A stretch of DNA of 47,578 nt, from assembly GCA_003477045.1 (NCBI GenBank), contig DMTS01000015.1:2837-50414 (forward strand), given 5' to 3'. A program made the position numbers and the translations under genes. The stretch is from Candidatus Delongbacteria bacterium. GTDB lineage: Bacteria; UBA4055. Below are positions 8,444-18,230 of this stretch, piece after piece. Position 1 is the stretch's first letter. Every line of letters begins with the position of its first letter. The notes under the pieces were generated by a model. The model did not search any database and was not told the DNA's origin. It was given only the letters and a program-made list of their open reading frames with translations.

Positions 8444-10912
8444 ATGAAAAAAATATCGATAATCTTAGTAGCTTTACTCGCACACCTTATGTTCGCTGAC
8501 CTGATAAATATGAACCCCGATCCGAACGGTGAGCCGTGGTGGGCCGGCGGATGGAAAAATCCGACTGCGGATGAACAGACACAAATTGATGCTTTACCGA
8601 AACTGACTTTACCCGATTCATATAAGAACAGTAAAGCAAAACTGGCTTACGCGCTTGACAACTCTGTTAACCAGTATTTCAGACCTATATTCAACCAGGT
8701 CGGCGGTAGCTGCGCTCAGGCAAGCGGAATTGCATATAATATGACTTATGAGATGAATTTCGTAAGAGGAACCACGGCAAATGTTACAGCCAATCAGCTT
8801 CCGAGCCATTTCACATACAACTATCTGAATGACGGTTCAGGTGCGAACGGTTCAACTTATTTTCAGGGTTGGGACATTGCAAAGAACTGCGGAGTCCCTG
8901 ATGTAGCAACCTACGGCGGATATTTGTGGCCAACGACGAACACAACTTATCAGAATCTTCTCTGGAAGGACGGGTTCCCGGTATATCAGACGGGAATGAA
9001 CAACCGTGTTTCTGAAGTGATCCAGATCCCTGTCGGTACACCTGAAGGGCTTGCAACTTTAAAACAGTATTTTAACGACCACTGCGACGGTTCATCGGCA
9101 GGAGGAATAGTTAACTTTTCCGCCGGAGTGAGCTATACATTCGCAACAAGCACATTACCTGCGGGAACTGAAAACGCCGGCCAGACCGTAGTTTTAAACT
9201 GGGACCCGATCGTTAATCATGCTATGACCTTCGCAGGTTACAATGACTCTATCAGATATGATTTCAACAGCGATGGAAGATACACGAATGATATTGATAT
9301 TAACGGAGACAGCGTTGTTGACATGAAAGACTGGGAAAAAGGCGCCGTACTGATGGTCAATTCGTGGGGTACTACATGGGGAACGCTTGGAAAAGCATGG
9401 GCACCTTACAGAACGCTTGCCTTATCTCTTGCTGACGGCGGGATCAACAACAACACTGTTTACACTATGAAAGTTAAGAACTCATTCGTACCGCAGCTGA
9501 AACTCAAAGCTACAGTTACTTACAGTGACAGAAAAGAGCTTAAGATCTATGCGGGTGTTTCAACTGATACAACAGCTTCAGTTCCTCAATATACCGTTTC
9601 ATTTCCGATATTTAACTATCAGGGCGGAACAAATATAAAAATGGTTGGCGATACTGACAGTACGATCGAGCTTGGGCTTGATATCAGTTCGCTACTGAGC
9701 TATGTAGACAGTGCTCAGCGTGTTAAATATTTTATCTGCGTCGAGCAGAAGGATGCCGGTGGGGCCGGAACAGGAAGAATCGTTTCTATGGCTGTTGTTG
9801 ATGAAAATGCAGTCACGAAAACGAGTTCACAATCGAATGTAACTATAGTTACGAACTCAACAACATATATGAGCGTAATTACCGGAACGAGCTTCAATCA
9901 GCCTTCTATAACAAATTCTTCGCTGCCTGACGCACAGTCTGGAATACCTTACAGCGAACAGCTTTCTGTAAGTAATGGAGCTTCCCCTTTTGTATGGGAT
10001 ACGCTTTATGACTATACAGAAACGGCAAATTCAAATTTATTTCCTACAGAAGCCGTAAATCCGCTGACTACGAACAGCGACGACGACGGGATCGCAAGAG
10101 TTGACCTTGACTTCGATTTTCCTTTCTACGGTAAACTTTACGATCATATAACAGTGTGCACCGACGGCTCAATTCTATTCGGGGATGAATTTGTTTATGT
10201 CAGAAATGAAGGCGATATTATAGCTACGAGAGCAATTACGGTTTATTCTCAGGATCTTCAGGCTTATCCTGTTGACGGAGACGGTATCTTTTATTATAAA
10301 AATGCCGATCATCTTACGGTAAGGTGGAAAACATCAATATGCGGCGTGCAGACTGCGAATCTTGAATTCGCGGTTAAAATTTATTCAAACTCGAACATTG
10401 AATTCTTTTATGGAACAGGTATGACGACAGGGCTCGTCTGGTCGGCAGGAGTTTCTAACGGAAGCTCTGCGGATTGTAAGATCTCTCAATATGCAAACAC
10501 AAGTAATCCTTCAGGATTAAAAACCGGATTTACTACAACCGACTACCCTTACGGCATGGAACTAAGCTCCGGTGGAATTTTCAGCGGCACTTTGAACGGG
10601 ACAGACGATACATGGAATATTAAATTCAGAGTGACCGACAGCAATAATATTTCAGACATCAAGATAATTCCATTTACTCTTATCTCTGCTCCCGGAACCC
10701 CCGCGATCACAAGCTTTAATGCTACTTCCTCTTCAGCGACGATCGTATGGGATGCGGTTATCGGAGCGTCTTCTTACAGAATTTACAGATCCGTTCAACC
10801 GTATTCGGGATTTGCTTTCCTTGATACTTCTTCTTCTACATCGTACACGGACAATAATATTTTATCTGGCAATAAATACTTCTACTATATAACTGCCGAC
10901 AATGCAAAATAA
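8444..10912 (+). CDS. Paralog P3: secreted multidomain papain-fold (C1-like) cysteine peptidase with a NIDO-like module and a terminal FN3-like domain (no T9SS CTD)
   Basis: ORF 8417-10912. I prefer ATG 8444 (AAGGA at 8431-8435), giving the signal peptide MKKISIILVALLAHLMFA. Motifs are FNQVGGSCAQASG (Cys codon 8711), VNHAMTFAGYNDS and MVNSWGTTWG. The C-terminal 74 aa (10688-10909), IVWDAVIGASSYRIYRS...KYFYYITADN, look FN3-like. Confidence 0.75.
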   Translation: MKKISIILVALLAHLMFADLINMNPDPNGEPWWAGGWKNPTADEQTQIDALPKLTLPDSYKNSKAKLAYALDNSVNQYFRPIFNQVGGSCAQASGIAYNMTYEMNFVRGTTANVTANQLPSHFTYNYLNDGSGANGSTYFQGWDIAKNCGVPDVATYGGYLWPTTNTTYQNLLWKDGFPVYQTGMNNRVSEVIQIPVGTPEGLATLKQYFNDHCDGSSAGGIVNFSAGVSYTFATSTLPAGTENAGQTVVLNWDPIVNHAMTFAGYNDSIRYDFNSDGRYTNDIDINGDSVVDMKDWEKGAVLMVNSWGTTWGTLGKAWAPYRTLALSLADGGINNNTVYTMKVKNSFVPQLKLKATVTYSDRKELKIYAGVSTDTTASVPQYTVSFPIFNYQGGTNIKMVGDTDSTIELGLDISSLLSYVDSAQRVKYFICVEQKDAGGAGTGRIVSMAVVDENAVTKTSSQSNVTIVTNSTTYMSVITGTSFNQPSITNSSLPDAQSGIPYSEQLSVSNGASPFVWDTLYDYTETANSNLFPTEAVNPLTTNSDDDGIARVDLDFDFPFYGKLYDHITVCTDGSILFGDEFVYVRNEGDIIATRAITVYSQDLQAYPVDGDGIFYYKNADHLTVRWKTSICGVQTANLEFAVKIYSNSNIEFFYGTGMTTGLVWSAGVSNGSSADCKISQYANTSNPSGLKTGFTTTDYPYGMELSSGGIFSGTLNGTDDTWNIKFRVTDSNNISDIKIIPFTLISAPGTPAITSFNATSSSATIVWDAVIGASSYRIYRSVQPYSGFAFLDTSSSTSYTDNNILSGNKYFYYITADNAK

Positions 10913-10922
10913 GGAGCTTAAC

Positions 10923-13445
10923 ATGAAGAAATCAATATTGCTGCTTTCGATCTCATTGTTTTTTATGGCTAATGCTGAACTTATAAATATGAACCCTGAT
11001 CCTAACGGTGAGCCATGGTGGGCAGGAGGCTGGAAAATGCCTGATGCAGAAGAAATGCAGCGGATCGAAGCCATTCCAAAGTTGACTCTGTCTAATAAAT
11101 ACAAAGGTAAAGAGATACCATATAAACTGGACAACTCAGTATTGCCCTATTTCAGACCGATATTCAACCAAATGGGCGGAAGCTGCGCGCAGGCAAGCGG
11201 GATCGGTTATAATTTCACTTATGAAATGAATTACATTAACGGAACAAGCGCAAATGTTACGGATAATCAGTACCCTACTCATTATACATACAATTTCCTT
11301 AACGGAGGCTCAGGTGATAACGGCTCAACTTACTTTGGAGGATGGGATATAATTAATGCAGGTGGAATTCCTAATGTAACGACCTACGGCGGATTATGGC
11401 CTTCTACCGATCCATTGACAATGAATAAAATTTGGATGGGCGGCTTTGATAATTACTTGTCCGGAATGGAGAAAAGGATCGTAGAAGTTCTGACGATCCC
11501 CGTAGGAACTCCAGAAGGACTTCAGACGCTAAAACAGTATTTTAACGATTATTGCGACGGGTCGCCGACAGGAGGTATCGTGAATTTTGCTGCCGGGGTA
11601 AGCTGGGTCGAGATCGATCCTCTTCCCGCAGGAACAGAAGAAGCCGGAAAATCTCTGCTCTGGAAATGGGATTCTGCAGTTAATCATGCGATGACTTTCG
11701 TAGGATATAACGACTCTATAAGATTTGATATGAACGGTGACGGCCGTTTTACTAATGACCTTGATATAACAGGGGACGGTGAAGTTAATATGAAAGACTG
11801 GGAGATCGGAGGTCTTTTAATGGCGAATTCGTGGGGATCTGGCTGGGTTGATTTCGGAAAGATCTGGGTCGCCTACAGAACTCTAGCTCTCGCTCTTGAG
11901 GAAGGCGGAATATGGATGAACGCAGTTCACACCATTAGAGTGAGAGATGATTTTTCTCCGAGCCTGTACATGAAATCCACAATAAATTTCAGCGACAGAG
12001 AAGAATTGAAAATTTATGCGGGTGTATCGTCTGATACGACAGCAACGGTCCCCGAATATTATGTGCAGTTCCCTCACTTTAACTATCAGGGCGGAGCTTT
12101 CGGAATGAACGGCATAGATAATATACTTGAGCTCGGTATAGATATAAGCCCGCTCTTAACTTATATAAACCCGAATGAAAAAGCTAAATTTTTCATTTGT
12201 GTAGAACACAAAGAGAAAGATACTGCAGGAAGAGGAAGCATTACTTCGTTTTCTATACTTGACAAAACTCTGAACGAGTATGTCAGCCCCCAGACGGCTG
12301 TAGCCATAACAAAAAACTCAACCACTTACCTTTCTGTTATCGCTTCGGTTGATTTTGACGCGCCTGTTATAGACGACATCGTTATTCCGGTTTCTGATCC
12401 CGGAATTCCATATTCATACGCGCTGTCAGCATCAGGAGGAATGCCTCCATACAAATGGGATGTTATCTGCGAATACTCGGAAGTTGAAAACACCGGAGAT
12501 TTCTACCTTAACACTGAAACATCTCTTGAAATGACAAATGACGACGACGGATACGCAGTTATCGAACTTCCGTTCCAGTTCCCGTTCTACGGAAAATTAT
12601 ATGACAAAGTTACTGTAATCACTGACGGATCAATAAAACTTGAAGACGGCTTTGATTATATAAGAACGGAAGGTGATATTCTGGCTTTTAAGACCATAAC
12701 TGCATACGGCGCTGATCTGATGGCGTACCCTGCGGACGGAGATGGCGTATATTATGCAGTGAATGACAGCTGTCTGACAGTCAGATGGATAACTTCACTG
12801 TACGATGTTCAGGAAGTGGATCTTGATTTCGAGACCAGAATTTATTCCGACTCAAGAATAGAATTTTTCTACGGAGATTCATTAACGACCGGGATAGCTT
12901 GGGCTTCGGGAATTTCAAACGGGAAAGTAACAGACGCGGTTATTTCTTCGATTTCAAACATCTCTAATGCTTCAGGGATGAAAACGGCATTCTCTACCGT
13001 TCCTTACCCTTACGGTTTAGAACTAAGCACCGACGGGATTTTCAGCGGAACAACTTTTGAAGCCGACAAGTCATGGAATATTTTATTTCGCATTACGGAC
13101 GACCAAAATATTTCTAACTTGAAGCAGCTTACTTTTTCGACAGCTGCCGGGATAGAGAACGCTGAATTCACAGCGAATGATTTCGTTCTTGAACAAAATT
13201 ATCCGAACCCTTTCAACCCTTCAACAAAGATCAGATTCGATCTGAAAATCTCTCAGCAGGTTTCTCTGACAATATATAACACTACCGGTGAGATCGTAGA
13301 AACGCTGATCGATAAAAAAATGCTTCATCAGGGCGATCATTCATTTGAATGGAAAGCCGATAAACTTTCATCTGGGGTTTATTATTTCGGTCTAAGATCT
13401 GAGAATGGAATAAAACAGATAAGAAAAATGACGGTTTTAAAATAA
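10923..13445 (+). CDS. Paralog P4: secreted multidomain papain-fold (C1-like) cysteine peptidase with a NIDO-like module and a T9SS CTD
   Basis: ORF 10902-13445. I prefer ATG 10923, six nt after AAGGAG (10911-10916), giving the signal peptide MKKSILLLSISLFFMANA. Motifs are FNQMGGSCAQASG (Cys codon 11184), VNHAMTFVGYNDS and MANSWGSGW. The C-terminus QNYPNPFNPSTKIRFDL...GVYYFGL (13188-13442) is a T9SS CTD. Confidence 0.75.
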   Translation: MKKSILLLSISLFFMANAELINMNPDPNGEPWWAGGWKMPDAEEMQRIEAIPKLTLSNKYKGKEIPYKLDNSVLPYFRPIFNQMGGSCAQASGIGYNFTYEMNYINGTSANVTDNQYPTHYTYNFLNGGSGDNGSTYFGGWDIINAGGIPNVTTYGGLWPSTDPLTMNKIWMGGFDNYLSGMEKRIVEVLTIPVGTPEGLQTLKQYFNDYCDGSPTGGIVNFAAGVSWVEIDPLPAGTEEAGKSLLWKWDSAVNHAMTFVGYNDSIRFDMNGDGRFTNDLDITGDGEVNMKDWEIGGLLMANSWGSGWVDFGKIWVAYRTLALALEEGGIWMNAVHTIRVRDDFSPSLYMKSTINFSDREELKIYAGVSSDTTATVPEYYVQFPHFNYQGGAFGMNGIDNILELGIDISPLLTYINPNEKAKFFICVEHKEKDTAGRGSITSFSILDKTLNEYVSPQTAVAITKNSTTYLSVIASVDFDAPVIDDIVIPVSDPGIPYSYALSASGGMPPYKWDVICEYSEVENTGDFYLNTETSLEMTNDDDGYAVIELPFQFPFYGKLYDKVTVITDGSIKLEDGFDYIRTEGDILAFKTITAYGADLMAYPADGDGVYYAVNDSCLTVRWITSLYDVQEVDLDFETRIYSDSRIEFFYGDSLTTGIAWASGISNGKVTDAVISSISNISNASGMKTAFSTVPYPYGLELSTDGIFSGTTFEADKSWNILFRITDDQNISNLKQLTFSTAAGIENAEFTANDFVLEQNYPNPFNPSTKIRFDLKISQQVSLTIYNTTGEIVETLIDKKMLHQGDHSFEWKADKLSSGVYYFGLRSENGIKQIRKMTVLK

Positions 13446-13474
13446 ATATATTTTTTAAATAATTCATTTGCCGA

Positions 13475-13508
13475 CCGGAAATATTTAGTTTATATTTCCG
13501 GCCTGTTT
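13475..13508 (+). terminator. Hairpin terminator after P4
   Basis: Perfect 10-bp stem CCGGAAATAT (13475-13484) / ATATTTCCGG (13492-13501) with a 7-nt loop. The following T tract (CCTGTTT) is weak. Confidence 0.55.
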
Positions 13509-13541
13509 AAAAAGAAGCATGCCCGGAGGAGGTGATCGGCA

Positions 13542-13745
13542 GTGATACACATAAAAGTTAGAGACGGCGAACATTTTGAAAAAGCCCTTAAAAGATTTAC
13601 AAAAACTTTTGAGAAAAGCGGAGTTTTAGCTGAACTCAGATTAAGAGAAAGATACGAAAAACCGACTTGGGTTAACAGAAGAGAAAGAATTCAGGCTACA
13701 AGAAAGCAGCAGAAGATCCAGAGAATGCAGAACAGAGGATTTTAA
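13542..13745 (+). CDS. rpsU: 30S ribosomal protein S21
   Basis: The 67-aa basic protein [38 protein letters not shown]... matches the S21 pattern. It has a GTG start nine nt after GGAGGAGG (13525-13532). Confidence 0.9.
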   Translation: MIHIKVRDGEHFEKALKRFTKTFEKSGVLAELRLRERYEKPTWVNRRERIQATRKQQKIQRMQNRGF

Positions 13746-13769
13746 TTATAAACTCCTATAAGAGAATAA

Positions 13770-13797
13770 AAAAGAGTGACGCGTCACTCTTTTTTTA
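13770..13797 (+). terminator. Rho-independent terminator after rpsU
   Basis: AGAGTGAC-GC-GTCACTCT hairpin flanked by an A-run and followed by a T7 run. Confidence 0.8.
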
Positions 13798-13831
13798 TTA
13801 TATTCCATTGAAATTTTTCGGGAGATAATAT

Positions 13832-14512
13832 ATGAATTATATCGATATTTTAGTGCTCGTTATAATAGCATTCTATGAGTTTGTCGGTTTCTGGAAAGGT
13901 TTTATTCCCCAGCTTTTTCAGTTCGCGGGAATATTCTGCGCGTTCTATTTTAATACTCCAATGAGTAGTTTCATCTCGAAAATTATCTCTGAAGAACCCG
14001 AAGGAGTGATCCTGATGCTGGTTCAGACCGCGGCCTTTTTCATTATTTTCGCGGTATTTTATGTAATCGGTAAGACCTTGAGTAAAACTTTCGACATACT
14101 TCTTACTTCTATCCCGAACAGAATAGCGGGAATAATTTTCGGAGCTTTGAACGGTTTTCTGGTAGTCTGCTTCCTTTTTCTGATCGTCAGATCAATAGGT
14201 TCTGGAGATGAATACCTTAAAAAACATGTTACTCCCGACAGATTTACCGATGAATTAATTAACAAAGGTCTGGATCTTACCGCTGCGGATGAAATGAAGA
14301 TCGAACCGGATATAAATGCGGAAGAACAGGGAAAAACATATTCCAGACTCGGTTACGGAGCTTACCGCATTTCAATGATGATGGACCCTTTTGTAGTCAA
14401 CATGAAAAAGATCTTTAAGAAAAAATACGACGACATTATCGAGATCAAAGTCAGCGAAAAGATCGAAGATCTGAAAGATTCTCTTAAAGCTGACAGTTTA
14501 TTTCAAAAATAA
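13832..14512 (+). CDS. cvpA: CvpA-family integral membrane protein
   Basis: The N-terminus MNYIDILVLVIIAFYEFVGFWKGFIPQLFQFAGIF plus about four hydrophobic helices is typical of colicin V production (CvpA) family proteins. GGGAG lies upstream of the ATG. Confidence 0.6.
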   Translation: MNYIDILVLVIIAFYEFVGFWKGFIPQLFQFAGIFCAFYFNTPMSSFISKIISEEPEGVILMLVQTAAFFIIFAVFYVIGKTLSKTFDILLTSIPNRIAGIIFGALNGFLVVCFLFLIVRSIGSGDEYLKKHVTPDRFTDELINKGLDLTAADEMKIEPDINAEEQGKTYSRLGYGAYRISMMMDPFVVNMKKIFKKKYDDIIEIKVSEKIEDLKDSLKADSLFQK

Positions 14513-14527
14513 TTCCGGAGCACTTGT

Positions 14528-16978
14528 ATGGAAACAAATTACTCTTCAAGAATGCATAAAGTTTTAGAACTTTCCAAAGAAATAACTCTTCAGCTCGGCC
14601 ATGACACGGTTTACCCGGGACATCTTGCACTTGGTATTATCAGATTGAACGAAGGCACCGCTTTTAATATTCTGACAAAACTTAATTGCGACATTACCTC
14701 GCTTCAGAAAGACATCGCGAACGGCATGGCAAGGAACAAAGAGCTCATAAAACTGGGTTTTATACCTCTCAGCCATGAAAGCGACAGAATAATAACTCAG
14801 GCTGTTCAGGAAGCAGTTGAACTTAACAGTATATATACAGGAACCGAACACCTGCTTCTTTCTCTGACTAAGGCTGTAAATACATATACTGAAAGGATCC
14901 TGAGATTTCATGGAATTACATACCAGCGCGTAAAACAGGTGCTGATCACAGGCGCAACTTCGAAAATGAATAAAGTTCCTTACGAAAAGATGGAACCTCA
15001 GGCGGAATTCTCTCTCGAGATGTTCTCGCACGACATTACAGCCCTGGCCAAAGACGGCAAGCTCGACCCTGTTATCGGGAGATCCGAAGAGATCGATAGA
15101 ATAGTGCAAATACTGTCAAGAAGAAAAAAGAACAATCCTATACTTATCGGAGAACCGGGAACAGGAAAAACCGCTATAGTCGAAGGACTTGCTCTAAAGA
15201 TAATAGAAAAATCTGTCCCGTCAGTTCTGCTCGGAAAAAGAATCCTGGGTCTTGATATGGGTATGCTGATAGCAGGAACGAAATACCGTGGTCAGTTCGA
15301 AGAAAGAATAAAAGCTGTAATAAAGGAAATTGAGAGCGATAGAAATACGATCTTATTTCTCGATGAGATTCATACAATAGTTGGAGCCGGCAGCACATCC
15401 GGATCGATGGATGCTTCAAATATGTTCAAACCCGCACTGGCACGGGGTGATATACAGTGCATAGGAGCAACGACTTTGGATGAATACAGGACAACAATCG
15501 AAAAGGATGGAGCTCTGGAAAGAAGATTCCAGAAAGTTCTGGTTGATCCGCCTTCAGTTTCAGAGACATTTGAAATACTGAAAGGACTTCAGTCCAAATA
15601 TGAAAATCACCATAAGGTCAAATACTCAGACGAAAGCCTTGTGGCCGCTGCCGAACTTAGCGACAGATATATCACCGAAAGATTTCTTCCGGACAAAGCT
15701 ATTGATGTCATTGATGAAGCAGGCGCCAAAAAACACCTTTCAATAAAAGTCCCCGCTAAAATCACTGAGCTCGAAGATCAGATAGAGATACTTAATAAAG
15801 AAAAAAATCAGAAGATCGAAAAACAGATGTTCGAAAAAGCTGCCGTACTCAGAGACAAGATCAACGATCTGCGATCAAAACTCGAAAAAGAAAGAGAACA
15901 TTGGCATAAATCCGTTTCAAATAAATTTCTGAATATATCTGTTGATAATATCAGAGACATCATTTCCATGATGACATCTATCCCGATAAGCAAGCTTGAA
16001 GTGTCGGAAAGCAACAGGCTTAACAGGATCTCCAGATCGATCTCAAAAAGGATAATCGACCAGCACGAAGCTGTTGAGTCGGTTATAAGAAGGGTTAAAA
16101 GATCTAGAACCGGGTTTAAAGATCCTAAAAGACCGATAGGGTCATTTTTGTTTCTCGGTCCTACAGGCGTCGGCAAGACCGAACTTGCGAAAGTGCTTTC
16201 TGAAGAGATATTTGAGAATGACAGAGCGCTTATCAAGATAGACATGAGCGAATACATGGAAAAATTCAATGTCTCGAGAATGATCGGTTCACCGCCCGGT
16301 TACATAGGTTACGGTGAAGGCGGGCAGCTTAGCGAAAAGGTCAGAAGGCATCCGTACTCAGTAGTGCTTTTCGATGAGATCGAAAAAGCCCATCCCGATG
16401 TTTTCGGAATGCTTCTTCAGGTACTTGACGAAGGTGTTCTGACTGACGGCAACGGCCGCAAAGTAGATTTTAAGAACACGATCATAATTTTCACATCGAA
16501 TATCGGCACAAAGAACCTTTCAAATACTGAAAATATCGGATTCGGAAGTAAAACCTCTTTTGAAGAAAAAGAGATCAAAATGAAAGATACTACAAGAAAA
16601 ACGGTCGAAAAGTATTTCAAACCCGAATTTCTAAATAGAATAGACGAGGTGATCGTCTTCAATCATCTTTCTGAAAATGCGGTACTTCAGATTATTTCAA
16701 ATCACATAGAAGCATCCTGCGAAAAGCTTTCGAAAATCGATATTACTCTCAATATATCTCCCAAAGTCAGAAAATATATAATGGAAGAATTTTACGACGC
16801 CGAAAGCGGTGCGAGACCTTTAAAAAGAGCTGTCGAGAATCTGATCGAGGATCCCGTAGCAGAAAGAATAATTTCCGGGCATGTCAGATATGGGGATACT
16901 ATCAGCATTGCTGTAAGCAAAAATAAATTGGTCTATACCAAAACTGATAAAACTACCGTAAGTTACGAAAAAAATTAA
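14528..16978 (+). CDS. clpC: ATP-dependent Clp protease ATP-binding subunit ClpC (class I AAA+ unfoldase)
   Basis: It has an N-terminal Clp_N-type repeat and two Walker A motifs ([16 protein letters not shown]). The middle coiled-coil is short and the protein is 816 aa long. An IGF-type ClpP-docking loop (ENIGFGS) is present. Confidence 0.85.
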   Translation: METNYSSRMHKVLELSKEITLQLGHDTVYPGHLALGIIRLNEGTAFNILTKLNCDITSLQKDIANGMARNKELIKLGFIPLSHESDRIITQAVQEAVELNSIYTGTEHLLLSLTKAVNTYTERILRFHGITYQRVKQVLITGATSKMNKVPYEKMEPQAEFSLEMFSHDITALAKDGKLDPVIGRSEEIDRIVQILSRRKKNNPILIGEPGTGKTAIVEGLALKIIEKSVPSVLLGKRILGLDMGMLIAGTKYRGQFEERIKAVIKEIESDRNTILFLDEIHTIVGAGSTSGSMDASNMFKPALARGDIQCIGATTLDEYRTTIEKDGALERRFQKVLVDPPSVSETFEILKGLQSKYENHHKVKYSDESLVAAAELSDRYITERFLPDKAIDVIDEAGAKKHLSIKVPAKITELEDQIEILNKEKNQKIEKQMFEKAAVLRDKINDLRSKLEKEREHWHKSVSNKFLNISVDNIRDIISMMTSIPISKLEVSESNRLNRISRSISKRIIDQHEAVESVIRRVKRSRTGFKDPKRPIGSFLFLGPTGVGKTELAKVLSEEIFENDRALIKIDMSEYMEKFNVSRMIGSPPGYIGYGEGGQLSEKVRRHPYSVVLFDEIEKAHPDVFGMLLQVLDEGVLTDGNGRKVDFKNTIIIFTSNIGTKNLSNTENIGFGSKTSFEEKEIKMKDTTRKTVEKYFKPEFLNRIDEVIVFNHLSENAVLQIISNHIEASCEKLSKIDITLNISPKVRKYIMEEFYDAESGARPLKRAVENLIEDPVAERIISGHVRYGDTISIAVSKNKLVYTKTDKTTVSYEKN

Positions 16979-17061
16979 TCCCTATTGTGAACAATCTGTT
17001 TATAATGAATATTTTTTTTTAGAAAAATAATTGATTTTTTTCTTGACAGCAAGTTCGGGCA

Positions 17062-17089
17062 GGTTAAGAAATGTTTTTAACCTTTTTTT
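17062..17089 (+). terminator. Possible weak terminator after clpC
   Basis: GGTTAA (17062-17067) pairs with TTAACC (17077-17082), followed by T7. The stem is short and AT-rich. Confidence 0.35.
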
Positions 17090-17141
17090 AATAAAACCCC
17101 GGTTTACCTTTTGTTAAAAGATTGTGAATAAGTATGTGAAA

Positions 17142-17804
17142 TTATGATTTCATTTTACTTGCGCCGACCTTATAAATGCCGTGATAATTTCTTCCGTAAA
17201 TACCTTCGGGTGTCTTTACGATTATCACCATATCCTTTTTAGTTATAAGTTTCGTTTCTAAAAAGGCGATGGCGTCTTTTGAATTAATAGCTCTGAATAT
17301 CCTTATTTTTGTATCCTTACCGTTCTTCTCTTTGAGCTCATCGCTTACAAATTCAGCAGCCGGAGAAGGTTTCTCAGCCTCTTTTTTTACTGCAGGCACT
17401 GGCTCTTTCTTTTTTTCTTCAGGTTTCTTTTCGTTTATTACTTCTCCGTTGTTTGCTTCAAAAACTGCTTTGACTTTGTCGAATAGACTATTATTTATAG
17501 CGGTTCCGCACAAAATAACCTCATAACTTTCCTGTTCGACGGGATAATAGCCATATATCAGAGGTTCTGTGCAGATTAACTCCTCTGTGTCTTCAGCGAT
17601 CTTTATACAGTCTATCTGCATCAAAGCACGCACTGCATCAGTCTCATCATTGAATTTATAAAGGAGAAAAGGTTCAAATTTCTTCAGTTTTTTTCTTTCT
17701 GCCCAGTATCCAGAAGCAATATCGACATTATTATGGTATATACCTTTATTGTCCGACTGAACAAAACTGGTTTTCTTTTTAATGATCTTTTTTAGTAAAC
17801 CCAT
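17142..17804 (-). CDS. Hypothetical protein with a Lys/Glu/Pro-rich central linker
   Basis: A 220-aa ORF with two globular-looking halves joined by EKKPEEKKKEPVPAVKKEAEKPSPAAE. I recognise no family motif. Confidence 0.6.
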   Translation of the reverse strand: MGLLKKIIKKKTSFVQSDNKGIYHNNVDIASGYWAERKKLKKFEPFLLYKFNDETDAVRALMQIDCIKIAEDTEELICTEPLIYGYYPVEQESYEVILCGTAINNSLFDKVKAVFEANNGEVINEKKPEEKKKEPVPAVKKEAEKPSPAAEFVSDELKEKNGKDTKIRIFRAINSKDAIAFLETKLITKKDMVIIVKTPEGIYGRNYHGIYKVGASKMKS

Positions 17805-17813
17805 ACACCTGCC

Positions 17814-18230
17814 CTAAAGTTCTTTTACCATTTTTTTATGCTCTATTCCTGCTTCAAAGAAATAATCACCGACAGTTTCATATCCGAGTTTCATATAAAA
17901 CGGAATAGCGTGACTCTGGGAATTAAGATAAAGCTTCTTTATTCCGTTCTTAAAGGCAATATCTTCAAGCTTATTCATTATCATAGTTCCGAAATTCATA
18001 CCTCTGTACTCTTCAAGAACAGCGATCCTGCCCACATGCCCGTCCTTCTCCATTCTGCCGGTAGCTATCGGCTGGTCATATCTGGTAAGAAGCACATGAT
18101 AGCATTCATCATCTTTACCATCCTCTTCAATATTCTCCGGAACATTCTGCCCTTCGACGAAAACTTTATTTCTTACTTTTCTTATCTTCTCTCTATATTC
18201 GGAATAATTAACTTCGATAATTGCAAGCAT
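17814..18230 (-). CDS. GNAT-family N-acetyltransferase
   Basis: The acetyl-CoA-binding core RIAVLEEYRGMNFGTMIMNKLEDIAFKNGIKKLYLNSQSHAIPFYMKLGYE fits the Q/RxxGxG/A pattern. The protein is 138 aa. Confidence 0.8.
   Translation of the reverse strand: MLAIIEVNYSEYREKIRKVRNKVFVEGQNVPENIEEDGKDDECYHVLLTRYDQPIATGRMEKDGHVGRIAVLEEYRGMNFGTMIMNKLEDIAFKNGIKKLYLNSQSHAIPFYMKLGYETVGDYFFEAGIEHKKMVKEL

Noticed and set aside
8501-11042. Recent gene conversion between the P3 and P4 5' regions
   Set aside because: The nucleotide differences across the conserved LINMNPDPNGEPWWAGGWK stretch are almost all synonymous third-position changes. That pattern indicates old duplication with purifying selection rather than recent homogenisation.
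3301-13445. The four-fold repeat as a mobile element or IS-mediated amplification
   Set aside because: There is no transposase, integrase, terminal inverted repeat or flanking direct repeat. The copies are diverged at the nucleotide level and have different terminal domains.
14564-16662. Antisense ORFs inside clpC (14564-15109, 15174-15419, 15808-16269, 16417-16662)
   Set aside because: These are shadow ORFs on the opposite strand of a gene with unambiguous AAA+ motifs. Their translations are low-complexity with no motifs. The same applies to the antisense or overlapping ORFs within rnr (20945-21487), the DUF748 gene (28370-28675, 29400-29717, 29750-30208), tricorn (32825-33139 same-strand out of frame, 32857-33324), the Gfo/Idh/MocA gene (46266-46685), and the many 60-120 aa ORFs within P1-P4.
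17269-17526. 85-aa plus-strand ORF rich in Ser/Phe
   Set aside because: It is the antisense reading of the Lys/Glu/Pro-rich linker of the minus-strand hypothetical gene, a low-complexity mirror artefact.
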